DNA of 64,000 nt from the human T2T-CHM13v2.0 reference genome, Homo sapiens. Positions 40,127-64,000 of the stretch are shown here, piece after piece; position 1 is the first letter of the stretch; each line of letters opens with the position of its first letter. Under the pieces are notes generated by a model. That model ran no database searches, was not told the origin of the DNA, and worked only from the letters and a program-made list of their open reading frames with translations. The stretch lies in NCBI RefSeq assembly GCF_009914755.1, contig NC_060928.1; one strand, 5' to 3'. Made by a program: the position numbers and the translations under genes.

Positions 40127-40165
40127 ATCTGTGGCCATACCACACTGATTGTATCCAATCTCATC
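40127..40165 (+). pseudogene. 5S rRNA 5' fragment (nt 1-39), tailless retropseudogene
   Basis: atctgtggccataccacactgattgtatccaatctcatc aligns 28/39 to GTCTACGGCCATACCACCCTGAACGCGCCCGATCTCGTC; 6 of 11 mismatches are CpG transitions. Flanked by a degenerate 16-bp repeat. Confidence 0.72.
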
Positions 40166-41046
40166 AGATACATCACCAACAACACAAGCAACAATAGAAA
40201 AAATAAATAAATTGGGCTTCCTCAAAATTAAAAACTTTTCCAAGATCACCATCGGGAATGAGAAAAGACACCCCACAAAATGGGAAAGAAATTTGCGAAT
40301 CGTCTAACAGATAAGAGACTTGCATCTAAAAAATACAAAGAACTCTTAAACCTCAATAGTAAAAAAGAAAATAGCCCAATTAAAGAACAGACAAAGGATC
40401 TCAATATACATTTCTACCAAAGAAGATACACAAATGGCCAATAAATGCATACAAAAATGCACAACACCAACAACTCTCAAGGAAATGCAAATCAAAACTG
40501 CAGTGAAATACTGCTTCACACCACTAAGATGGTCATAATAAAATGATGAATAATAACAAGTGTTAGTGTCTTGGTCTGCTATAACAAAATATCATAGACT
40601 GGGTGGCTTATAAAGAACCGTTCTTCATAGACAGTCATTTTCTCACTATAACCTCACATAGTAGAAGAGGTGGGGGAATCTCCCTGGGATCTTTTTTACA
40701 AGAGCACCTCATCACCTCCCCAAAATTCCCACCTCCATATACCATCACCTTGAGCAGTTTCTCAAAGGTTAAACATAGTTGCCATATAACCCAGCAATTC
40801 CACTTGTAGGCATATACCTACAAGAATTAAAAACATATGTCTATGCAAAAACTTGCACACATATGTTTATAACAGCAATATTTACAATAACCAGTAAGTG
40901 GAAATAACTCAAATGGCCATTAACTGATGAATGAATAAATAAGATATAGCAGGCATATTCTTACAATAGAATATTACTGAGCCATATAAAGGAATGAAGT
41001 ACTTCATACCTCTACAGCATCAATGGACTTTGGAAACATTATGATA

Positions 41047-41348
<302 letters not shown>

Positions 41349-44300
41349 TTATGATAATTGAAAGATGCTAGTCACAAAAGACCACATATTGTTTGATTAT
41401 GTTTATATGAAATACCTAAAATTTCTAGAAAAAGTAAATCTATTGAGAGAAAAAGTGGATTAGTGGTTGCCTAGGCTTGGAGGTGATAAAGGGAACGGGG
41501 GGAGGGGTAACTGCTAAAGAGTACAACGTTTCTTTTTCACATGATAAAAATAGTTTTAAATTGTAGTGATAGTTACATAACCCTTTGAGTATACTAAAAC
41601 CATTGAATAGAATACTTTAAATGGGTGAATTTTAGGATAGGTGAATTCTATCTCTATAAAACCATTTACAAGAAAAGATGCAACATATTTAAAATTCAGA
41701 GATAATCAGAATGTACAAAACTTGGTTATATTTTGGCAGTCCCTCAAAAAGTTAAACATAGAATTACCATGTTACCAATTATCCAGCAGTACTACTCCTG
41801 GGTATATAGTCAAGAGAAATGAAGACATGTCCACACAGAAACTTGGACACAAATGTCCCACCAAAAGGGAGAAACAACCCAAAAGCCCCTCAGTGGGTGA
41901 GTGGATAAAGTGTGATATATGCATGAATTGAAAATATTCAGACATAAAAAAGAAAGAAATACTTATAAATGCTGTAAGTTGGATGAACCTCAAAAACAGT
42001 ACATTAAGTGAAAGAAGCCAGACCAAAAAAAGTCACATATTGTGTGACTTTTTTTATATGATATATCCAGAATTGGCAAATCCAGAGAGACAGAAAGTAG
42101 ATTCGTGGTTACTGGGTGACCAGGGAAGAGACAGTGATTACTCAATGGGCATAAGGGTGTTTCTCTGGGGAGATGAACAAGTTTTGAAGCTAGAGAGAGA
42201 TGGTGGTTGCCCGACATTGCATGTGACTACACTAAATGACACTGAGCTGTATACTTTATCATCATTGATTATATGTTATGTGAATTTTACCTTAATTTTA
42301 AAAACTTGTGCGTTAAACTTCTTTCAATTTATACCAATTAAAACATTAATTGGTATAAATGGAAAGAATTAAAACATTAAAAAGACATCAAGATTAAGCA
42401 TCTCACCCATGCAGTGTATCTACCACATACAAATTGAAATAGAATATAATATGCAGTTAGAGTTTATAATTTTTCAGGGGAAAATTTTTAAAAAACACAT
42501 TTTGCTCACTTCTCTCAACACAATGTGTTTGTCATGAGGTCCCAACATCCCTAAAACAAGTATTAAAGACAGAAGTGCTTGTTTGTGAAAAGCAGAAAGC
42601 TTCTTCTGGAGCATGTTGACATCTCAAAGGATATTTTGAGATCTCACTTTTTGAGACATCACTTATTATAATTAATAGTATATTTAGCTCATTGCTAACA
42701 TGGTGTCCGTATTATTACTCTTGTCACTAAAGTGTCTGGATCTAAGATGTGATTAAGTAAATTCCTAGAAATAAGTACTGCATGGAAATCTCTGCTAGTG
42801 GATGGAGCATGGCATCAGGAGGGGCCTGGCAGTGGGTACAATGGGCTATAGGCAGAGATCCAGACAGGCTATATATTTGAACTGCCTCATTAATTAAGTC
42901 TTCCAGGCCACCTATTATAGCATCTATTACACATCTGGCACCTGAAAAAGAACTTTCTTTGATTTGGTAATCCAAACCTTACAATAGGACTGGTGTTAGG
43001 TACAGTTTTGTCATCATGACTTGGCTACTCTGGTATATCATAGTAACAAATCCCACACAGAGAACCTTACACAGCCCCAGCTTCATAAAGCTCCCAGGAT
43101 GACTGATAGTTTGCTTCTTTTCAGTAACCTGTTTTGGGTCCTATAATCAAACATCATGTGGGGTCTTGTGGGTACTCAACCTCATAGGCAAACTTTGTCC
43201 ACACCTCTCTACCCCCATTTCACACAAACACACACAGCCTGCCCTGTAGCGCCCTCTGGGGCCAAAGGATGCACACCCCAGTGGTAAGTTATACCCTTTG
43301 GAGGATGAGCCTGAAGAAGGTGGAGGCCTATGAAATGGGGCTTGGCACTATTTGACAGGGAATTCCACTGTCCAGTATGTTGAGCATGGCTGGGGTTGGG
43401 AAGAGAGTACAGCACTGGAACTGGGTGGGCATATGCCCTTGGCCCAGTGGAGTCTTCACTCTGTGAGGAGGAGAATCGCTGGAGGAGGGTCTAAACAGGG
43501 GCTCTGGAAAGGACAGGCCTGGAGAATAAGGGTGGTACTGCCTCAGATAATGCTCAGCACACTTTGCATAGCTTTGAACAGCTGCATTAACCATAGATTC
43601 AGGAGTCATTTCACTTAGGACTAGCCTTATCAGAGTGAGTTACAAGGAAAGGAAGCTGAATAAGGAAACCTAGGCCACCAGCCTGTCCCAGGGAAAGGGT
43701 ATGTCACAGCAGTTTCTGAGCTTAGATGTTTCTGAGCTTCTATTCCTGCCATTCTAAAGCCCAAAGCACTGCTCAGTTTCCCCAAATAGGTCAAAGATAC
43801 AAAGCTGGGGAAGGAGAGCGCCAAGGACATGGGAAGAAAGGTGGGTAGGTCTCCAGGGTCTCTGTCTTGTTCTCCAGCCCTACCCCATTTATTAATCTCC
43901 TTGTTTTCTTCACCTCCTAAGGATGGCAAATACCCCCAGGATAAAACATTTACCAGTTCACCAATTTCTGCTCTTACAATCACTCTATTCTCTCAAGGCA
44001 ATTCTTCCCAGTTTTCTTAGGCATTTCATATTACTAACAAGATGTTTTCTATATTTTTTCTGGATATATTTTGTATGAGGGTTGGACTGAATTATAGTTG
44101 ACTATTACTGGAAGTGGAAATCCCCAATTGGCTTTCAGATAGTTGGTTTTTGGCAAACTGTGTTTCAGTGAATGGACCCCAAGTAGAGCTTCAAGTTTCC
44201 TTAGATTAGCTTTGAAAATGCATTATTTAACAAACACTTCTTTAACCAGCACTTACTGACTATTACCCTCTTTAAGGCACTATAGTAAACCACAGAGAAG

Positions 44301-44493
44301 ATACAAAAATGAAAACAATGTAAGTTGTGTCGTTAAAAGAATGTATAATCTTGAGGGGGAGTCAGACATACGTATAAATAATAAAGGAGTGAAGGAGGAG
44401 GGCGAAGTGCAGAGAATGAACTGACTCTGGAAGTAACACGCCTGGAGATTACAAATTGGAACAGAAATGTCATGTTTTGTGAGGACTATAAAT

Positions 44494-45008
44494 CAAAGGT
44501 CTCAAAATGGTAGGCCACAGACTGAATTCAGCCCACAAACGTGTTTGGTTTGGCCCACATCGTGTTTTAAAAATAAGAGATTTCCCATTTAAAAAAAAAA
44601 TCTGGATTTCCATCTTCTGAAAACTCAGAATATCTGGCAACTGTCCTCATTGCCAACTGGCAAGTGTCAGCTGGAGCCGAGTGGAAGCTGCCTCCTTGGA
44701 GAGGGCCTCATTTCTTCCAGTCACCACATTTCCCATCAGTCCCCCACCATCAGCCTTCACACCCCGCACAGTTCACCTTCTCCACCTAATGAAAAGTGCT
44801 ACATAAATGCAGCTTCCAGCCCTTCTTCAGAGAGCTAATTTTAGGCCTTCAATTTCATGCCTTCAATTTCATGCCTCACCACCCCCCACCCCTCCACACA
44901 CATTGTTAACCCCATTTTTCTATATAGAAAATCTAGACCACAAGGACTCACCACCACCGTCAGTCATTGAAATATCCTTCCTGTAGGCACTTAAGTTTAT
45001 GACCTCTG
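44494..45008 (+). mobile_element. MER102-like hAT element
   Basis: CAAAGGTCTCAAA...TTTATGACCTCTG termini; tgtttggtttggccca and aatatctggcaac motifs. Confidence 0.65.
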
Positions 45009-45939
45009 TGTGTTGATCCTATCCCTGCAGCATAGTCTGTGGGAGAGCGAGTCCATGAAAGTTCCTTCCCAGCAGTTTTACTGCCAGAGGCTTTAGAGGA
45101 GAAGCCACCCCTAAGAGTTCTGTTTCAGAATAGGGTTTAGGGATTGTGTCCTATTACCTATAAGTTGAAATTTGAGTATCAGATTCTACTATTCTTCCAT
45201 GAGCCCTTAGGGCATATTTAATCATCTAATCATTCTGAACTAGAGGAAAATTTGTAGTCTAGCTCAGAGATGCAGGAGGAATAGAAACTCATCTGCAGGA
45301 GACTGGGGATCCTGGCTCTAGCTTCACACCAGATTCCTAGCATTGAGAAGGCTCCTGCAGCTTCAGCTAACTGGTGAAATTCTAAGGAGGAACAAGTTTC
45401 TGGACAGACGTTGGTAATTTGTGATCATTATTAACAACAGCCCTATTTCTTGTAGGCCTCGTGAAAGCTTGTTTGATTCGGTCAGTAAACTCCCTGTTGT
45501 TTTCTCTGTCAAGAGCTTCCAGTCAAAGCTCTCGGTGTGGTCCATTAAGAGGTGTCCCTTTCAGCTGGCTAATCAGGAAAAATATAATTAAATCTAACTG
45601 ATGAGTAAGGTTGTCATCTAACAGGGCAGGGGTTAGGTGAGAATAACATGAATTTCCAAGATCTCACTCTATAAAGAGGAAATGAGGAGCCAGAAACACA
45701 GTGGCTGGAAATTTAAAGTATCCATGCATTTAAAGGAGCAAATAATAGTGTGCTAAAGGAAGTGCACAGAGCAGATTCCAGTGGAACAGAGTCAGGTAGG
45801 AAAGCTTAGCACTGAAGAAAAGCACTGTCCAAACTGACTTGAAGGGCGGGCAGCCGTTGTGTAAGTCAACACCCTGGAGTAGGGAGGGACTGGATGCATG
45901 CCACTGAGGCCCAAACTAAGAATGGTCAAAATCTTTTGA

Positions 45940-49050
<3,111 letters not shown>

Positions 49051-49723
49051 TCTTTTGGATTAATACTATATTAACAGGATGTAAATATTTAACTTGTTTT
49101 ATTATGAAGCTAAACTGGTATTTCCCCCTTTTGTTTTGTCTCATTAGGAGGACTGACTTAACACATGGAAAATGAGTGGCTTTACCTTACTCCTAGCCTA
49201 TATGAAATGTGAATTTCTTCTTTTGGCCAAACTCTTTATTTAGTATTCTGTAGTTGTTTAACACACACTTAAAAGGTCTTACTGGGGGAGGTTCTTGCAG
49301 ATTCCCAAGGAAATGTCAGAAAGGCAAAATGGCCAGCATTATCCATTTGCTTTTTTGGATTTACTGGGTGAATAGCACTTTCCTTACATAGGTATCTGGT
49401 TTCAGGTTTTTCATACTGAGAACATTGAGATTTCAGTTGGAAGACGCCCTGAAATCTTATGAGTAGCATACCCCAACCACCCTCTAATAGCTGTCTTGTT
49501 TATATAGGCAGAATGATTCATTTCTCCATTTTACATGGCTAGATGTTTTCTGGAAGATCTTAGGATTGTTTGCCTCATTTACTGGGAAAAATCAGATAGG
49601 AAGTGGCTTTTAGGGACCCTTTTACTTGGAAAGTTACAACACTAGTGCAACAAGTCTTAATACATTTAATATTTGCTTGCTGAAAAGCAATGTCATAAAG
49701 TCAAATAAAATTAAGCATATTTT

Positions 49724-56258
<6,535 letters not shown>

Positions 56259-57015
56259 AAAATTAAACATGTTTTACTTTTTTCCTCACAAGAACATAAA
56301 AATTACGGAGGGGAACTTAACAGGGAATTTTTAAAAGGTAACACAATTTTTCCTTTAAGTAGTCCTTGGGTAGTTATGACAGAATAGTTTGCACTTTTTG
56401 TTTGTTTCTTTGAACTGGGATTTTGGTCTAAAGTTTTGTTTGTTTCTAGTATCTGCTTCTGCCTCCCCCTCTATCAGATCGGCTTCCTCCACTGCCACCA
56501 CCTCTTGGTGCTCCACCGCCTGAATTGCCGTGGGAATCACGTGGAGGATTTCCATAGAAGGGGGAAGCCGTCTTTCTTGTCTGCCAACCCGACCACGACC
56601 ACTTGATTAGAGATCACTTCGGCTGCTTGAGTAACTGTCTCGACTTCCACCATATCCGTCACGTGAACTGCTATAATCATCGCTTCCACCATAAGATGGG
56701 GGGGCGGGGGCCCTCCTGTAGGTGGAGCACTACGTGAGTTACGATAACTTTCATATGAATCTCTGTAGGAATCTCCAGCTGGATGATCTGAATAGTCATG
56801 ATCACTATTATATCCATCTCTATCGCTATAGCCTCTTGATGGATAGTCATCACGTGAACTGAAATGACCATAATCACGGTAAGTACAATCTCGCGGTGGT
56901 GGTGGTGCATAACCTCTTGTATCACGAGAACTTGGCTAATCTCTGCTTGAAGAACTGTCTTCAAGAAGAACCCTCTACGAGAGGGCAGCGGTTCCCTTCC
57001 AGGTGGACCGCACTA

Positions 57016-57492
<477 letters not shown>

Positions 57493-57495
57493 TTA

Positions 57496-57603
<108 letters not shown>

Positions 57604-57796
57604 TCAGAGGGGTGACAGTGGATTCAAGCTCCAACGAGCTTGCCGACAGGGGCTTCCTAGCAGCTCATCACCAGTGGCGGCTGCCGGGTCTGAGGACCAA
57701 ACCGCAAAGCCGCTAGCGCTACTGTGCAACCGTGAATTGTTAAACTCTTTCCTGAAAAGTAGAGAAGAAGAAATTACGTTTAAAAACTCACCCCTC

Positions 57797-58157
<361 letters not shown>

Positions 58158-58569
58158 CTACTGGGGAAATAAATTAAGCTACTGGAGCTTGCACCAAGAA
58201 TGACAAAAGGGGAAACGAGCTCACCTTTTAGGAGTGGGAAGAGCTGAAACCTGGCAGCACAGAGAAAGAATCTTAACGTAAGGGGCACTATTCAAGTGTG
58301 TGAGAGCTGTATACTATATTGTCTTTGCCAGCTGGTCACCTAGTCTTTCCTGGAGTGAAAAATCTCCCACTGCCCTACCCATCTGCCGCTGCCTACTCTC
58401 TGTGGATATGCTCCAGCTCTCATAATTGAAAAGAGGCCTAGTAGGGTGTAAGGGTGACCTCTTTTTGCTGAGGGCTGAACTAAGGGAAACCTGCAGGCAC
58501 GTTCATTGAGATTTCAAAGCATTTTTATGCCTGACAGCTAAATATAGTTGACAGAATAACACAGCAGAA

Positions 58570-58740
58570 AGATTGAAGTCAGACTAACCTGGCCTTGAAC
58601 CCTGGCTCTGTCCTTTACTACTGTGTGCCTTTTCCTCTAAGTTTCATAGTAGCTGTGATGATTAAATAATATATGTAAAGTATTGAGAACAGTGCCTGGT
58701 ATATAGCAACTACTCCATAATTGTCAGCTTTTATTATTGC
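58570..58740 (+). mobile_element. MIR fragment (approximate)
   Basis: gtgatgattaaataatatatgtaaagtattgagaacagtgcctggtatatag. Confidence 0.65.
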
Positions 58741-58754
58741 TTCTCTTTATATAG

Positions 58755-59116
58755 TGTTATGGATTGAATATTTATAGCTTTTCAAAATACGTATGTTGAA
58801 ATCCTAGCCCCCAGTGCAATGATAATAGACACTGGGGCCTTTGGGAGGTGATTGGACCATGAGGATGCAGCCCTCATGAATAGGATTAGTGCCCTTATAA
58901 GAGAGACCTCAGAGAGCTCCCTTGCCCCTTCCACCATGTGAGCACAAAGGGAGAAGACAGCAGTCTATGAACTAGCAAGCAGGCCCTTACCAGACACCGA
59001 ATCTGCCAGCATCTTGATCTAGAACTCCCCAGCCTTCAGAACTGTGAGAAATAAATGCTGTTTAAGCCACCCAGCCTATAGTATTTTTGTCATAGCAGCC
59101 TGAATGGACTAAGGCA
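58755..59116 (+). mobile_element. MLT1A-type MaLR solo LTR
   Basis: tgttatggattgaat...gccctcatgaataggattagtgcccttataag...gcagcctgaatggactaaggca. Confidence 0.85.
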
Positions 59117-59834
59117 TGAAGAATCCATAAATCAGTAAGAATTTTATTTTGGGTCTTTGTCAGTCTTAATTATAAGCCTACATTGATGGGAGACTAAGAA
59201 TTAAATGAGTAAATAAAAGCTGGTGTATTTGTTACACCATGTTTTACATGTAGAAGTCACAGCATAGTTTGAAAAATGAGATTTTCACATACAGGACATG
59301 ACTATATATGAGTAAATGACTTATAAATAAAATGTTACATCATGTAGTTTTTTCTCTAGCCTTTTATATAATTATAACCCATATAAAGTTGCCACACTCT
59401 CACTCCTGGACAAGAGTCATTTAAACCCAAGCAGAGTTTGGCAGACCATTCCAAGCTACTGTGTGACAAACTGCTCCTACCTCAAAAGTTTAGTTTTTAA
59501 ACTCTGGCATTCCAGCCTGTCCCTGCCTTTGGTCTTATTTGATATCCATTATCAGACAAATTACCAGATGCTTATTTGTGTTTATTCTGACTCAAGCTTA
59601 AGTCCCCTCAGATCTTTTGAATATCAGTCTATATTGTGATTTATCATGACCTAAGGTTTTACCCAAATACAAATTCTATCCCCCTAAGTGATTTCAGATT
59701 GGAGGCATCGGCTTCACACTTCCCCAAGTTTTTCTTCCTATTTAAAGCTCTGCATCACCTTGTCTTCCTAAAGTTCTGCCCTTATAGGTAGCTTTCAAGA
59801 ATCTATAAAATCTATACTTATTTGAGAAGGAGGG

Positions 59835-60420
59835 TAAATTTTTTATTGAAGGTTAACACACACAAAAACAGAAAACTGCACAAAATGTAAGTGTACAGCT
59901 TTATAGCTTTTTACAAAATGAACACTCCTGTGTAACCTGTACCCAGATTAAGAAACAGTTGCAGTCCATCTCCTTTTTCCTATTGCAGACCTACTAGTTT
60001 AATTTGATCTGCTTCTTATTGACCTTCCATAAATAAAATTAAACAATACTGACTTGTCTTTATCTGACTTCTTTGCTCAATACTATGTTTGTGAGATTCA
60101 TTCATATTTTTGCAGATGGCTATAGTTCATTTATTTCTGTTACTATATGTATTTCTTTACTTGATATAACACAATTTATTTACCCATCTTATTATTAATG
60201 AATATTTGGGTTGAGTCTAGTTTTTTGGTTATTAGAAATGTTGTTATAACACACTTGCCTGAGTCTTTTGGCAAATATCTAAACATTTCTGTTGCTTATG
60301 TACCTAGAAGTGAGATGGCTGGTTCATATGATTTGCAAATGTTCAACTTTAATAGATACTGCCACCCAGTTTTTCAAAGTGGTTGCAACAATGTACCTAC
60401 CACACTTGGTATTGCAGAGC
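59835..60420 (-). mobile_element. Old L1M 3' fragment (approximate)
   Basis: tgtttgtgagattcattcat and tacctagaagtgagatggctgg motifs. Confidence 0.7.
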
Positions 60421-60427
60421 CCTTTTA

Positions 60428-60479
60428 TTAGTTTGGTGCAAAAGTAATTGCGGTTTCTGCCATTAAAGGTAAGGGCAAA
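60428..60479. mobile_element. Truncated MADE1 (Hsmar1 MITE), one TIR intact
   Basis: TA followed by ttagtttggtgcaaaagtaattgcggtttctgccatta. Confidence 0.85.
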
Positions 60480-60768
60480 TAAGTACAATTCCTCAAAATA
60501 AATTTCCTCATTTATGCTATACAGCTCACCTGCCTCCCACTGTATTGAGAGACTTTTTGGCTTCCCATCCCCACCTTCCATCCCTACATTCCCTGTGCTA
60601 ATAAGTATTTACATTAAACTTAAATTCACCCCTCTGGTACTACCTGATATGCACTATCGTCAGTAAAGAAATGGCACTACACATTGTATAGTCTTCTTAG
60701 ACTTCTCATAGTTAACTTTTCTTAACTTGGAGCTATCTGATAGTAACAATCATAGATATGTAGTCACA

Positions 60769-60809
60769 GACACACACACACACAAACACACACACACGCA
60801 TACACACAC
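60769..60809. repeat. Imperfect (CA)n microsatellite
   Basis: Direct read of the sequence. Confidence 0.9.
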
Positions 60810-61418
60810 GCCCCTGGTGCTAGTAGATGAAAAGTACAAATTTTATACACCTTTTATTTCAAAAAAGATCATGCTATATTAGATCCTAAAATATAAAGAA
60901 CCCTTTAAAATGACTAAAAACAAAGTGAATGGGAATAAGATAGCAATATTAGAGACTTACTTCTTCACAGCAAGAAGTATGACTTCAGTGCCATAATATT
61001 GGAAACATCATAGGGTGAAGATTAAAGTGTAATGCAAGTGTATGATATTGAGTCCCTCTAAGATCTGCTTCTTATTAAATTTACCCAAAAAAGAATTCAC
61101 TCACGTTCTTCTTCCTAAATGTAGTTCCTTTTACTAGAAAAGAGATCATATAAATTCTTGGGCATTCAATTTCCCGCTAAAGCATTTCTCAGTGCTAAAT
61201 TCAACTTTTTCCAAATGCAGAGGATAGATAAGACACTTCAAAGAAAGCACTTCAGGTAAGACATTGCATTTTCTTCAAATCCACCCCCATGTTCACGCAT
61301 TCTTCTTTACATAAGTGTTTAAGCACCTATTTAATACATGTAGAATTATGAAGAATAAAGTGGAGGATTATAACGTTCCTGTTTCAACGTTCTTATGGCT
61401 TATAAGAAATAAGTAATA

Positions 61419-61746
<328 letters not shown>

Positions 61747-62023
61747 TTAAATTTATTTATTTGTAACCCCCAGCTTTTCTCTATAAAGAAAGATATCCTT
61801 AGTTTTCTATCTCTTTTGGATAAAGAACGTTATTCTTTACTTGAAACTATATTAACTACAGCAAAGAAATCTCAATTATTCTCCCAGCAACAGATTTCTC
61901 CCTCAGTTAAGAGATTTCTATCTATTACTTTGTGCACTATTATGTATTTTTTAAAATCTGGCTTGATTATGCTCCCTTTTGTAAATAACCAAAGACTGGA
62001 GTTTAGTTTCTATGGAAATCAGC

Positions 62024-62109
62024 CTCTCTGTCTCTGTCACTGTCTCTCTCTCTCTCTGTCTCTCTCTCTCTCACACACACACACATACACAAACACACAC
62101 ACACACACA
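62024..62109. repeat. Compound (TC)n(CA)n microsatellite
   Basis: Direct read of the sequence. Confidence 0.9.
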
Positions 62110-63877
62110 GAGTGAAGGCTGGGAATAATGAGCTGAATTCTCTATAAAACTCAATATTCCAATCTGAATGTAAATTATAAACCTTGCACAAGGGATCAAT
62201 TTTACCACTTGGAGTGCAAGAATATATTCCTTAGCATTAAGCCATGATTTTGAGAGCTAAGTTTGGGGTTATTTAAAATTATTTTCCCTTTGTCATTTTC
62301 ATGGGTTTTTTTAGGGGGTGGGGGCCTTAGTAAAAGAAAAATGCATTATGCCATTAATTAAAATTAAATGCCTCTCTTGCAGATAGCTGTAAGTCTATTA
62401 GACTCCTAAACTACCCTTTGTCATTTTTAATAGACTTTTCCTAGACTTCATGTACCATATGTACACAAGTCACTCTATTCTCCTCTTGAGTCATGCATTT
62501 AGGTCCTATTAACACTAATGGAATTTATATGCATGCACACTGAGGGAGAATAAGCCCCTTAAACACCTTTTTAATGGAACAGTTTTGTTTCTTTCCATTC
62601 CTCTTCACACTCCTCTGTTTGGACTTTCTCTTACCAATCTGTGCTTCCAAATAATATAGTTCTGATTTCTTTTTCAGCTCTTATGCTTTATTTTTTATTG
62701 AATTCCAGGGCTCAAGTTAGGACTTAACTTCCCCTCTTTTATTGATAATTCCTGGAAAAAGCAGCATGACTAAATCATTACTACTGTATTAGATTTTCTG
62801 GTTTCAGAGTGAAATTCAGATGTTGCTTTCATTCAACATTTCATTTCATTTCAAAGTTCTTACTTTCCAGCAAATATATTTAACCCACAGGCTATTTTTT
62901 TTTTTATCCTCCTGAAGACTTAACTAGCCAGGAGCCAATTAAGATAATGAATATTTACCCAGGAGGCTAAAGACTTTTCCACGTTAACATGCAAATAAAT
63001 AGGCATGATTTCAGACTCCCCTACTTTATAATGTTTTTATTTGTTTATACTTTAGGGAGGTTTTTTTTTTTTTCATCTTTTAAGTATCTATCACACAGGA
63101 CTTCAGCAACATGCTCAAATTTAGAACAGTAAAGTATCAGGAAATGCCTTTGGAACCATAAAGCTGCAGAAAGTAAACCTCTAATGCGTGTACTAACAAT
63201 CATATTTTTGTTTAGCTCTTAGAAATGCATTACTCTTTATTGTTCTTAAAATAAATAATCTTTATCAATAGACAGCTTTGTTTTTCCTTCCCCTATGTAA
63301 AATGAGAGACGGAATAAGACTGTTATGACCAAGTGCCTAGCAGAGTACCAGACTCACAGCATTAATCTGAATCACATGAAACTGCCATTTTTGTAGATCA
63401 AAAGCTGTTGAATAAGTGTTTAAAAAAATTTGTTGGGAAAAAAATAAAAATAAAAAAATAAAAACAGGTTACCCACACACACACAAAAAAATCTGTTGAA
63501 TACATCTGTTAAAAAAATAAATAAGTGAATGAAGTCTCTTTCAAGAGTAAAATTTTATTTTTATTCTAATTTCAAAAATTAAAACAATAGTCTAAGGTAG
63601 TTAAAATATACATTAAGCAATGAACTTTTCCCAGTCATTTAATGGAATAAAACTCTAAAACTGACTAGTGACTGTTGTTTTCTGACTCATTTTTTGGGCG
63701 GGGAGGGGGTACAGCAAATCTAATATTAATTAATTGCCACTAAAGGTAAGCTTAAATTTACATTATAGATAGATGATATTCTGATATATTTGAGCACTTG
63801 GAAAATAAATTGATATATGAAAGATCTGATGGTGTGTGTGGAAAGAATTGAGGATAAACATATGAAAAACTGAATAA

Positions 63878-64000
<123 letters not shown>

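Noticed and set aside
42742-44020. Cluster of short ORFs in a moderately GC-rich stretch I could not assign to a repeat
   Set aside because: No recognisable domain, splice structure or element termini. It may be an ancient TE or enhancer, but nothing is supportable without a search.

Overview
Primate, most likely human, genomic DNA. The window holds the 5' end of COL25A1 (collagen XXV/CLAC-P) on the minus strand: CpG-island promoter with a TATA-like box, non-coding exon 1, coding exon 2 (11843-12195) and exon 3 (10703-10772, furin site KIRIAR). Positions 1-10702 are intron. The ~50 kb upstream is mostly nested transposable elements. These include a full-length HSMAR2 split by a MER4 solo LTR, an env-deleted two-LTR ERV1 provirus with a tRNA-Pro PBS, and a complete MST MaLR provirus containing an LTR12 that itself contains an L1. 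There is also an RBMX processed pseudogene whose 3' UTR is split by a full-length L1 with a doubled 3' end. I found no evidence of a new protein-coding system. The most notable observations concern retrotransposition mechanism (in-register L1-into-L1 insertion, Alu re-use of one nick site, a tailless 5S retrocopy, an orphan 75-bp insert between direct repeats) and candidate COL25A1 regulatory elements. Repeat subfamily names and the RBMX, 5S and HSMAR2 matches come from recalled consensus sequences, not searches, and need RepeatMasker/BLAST confirmation.
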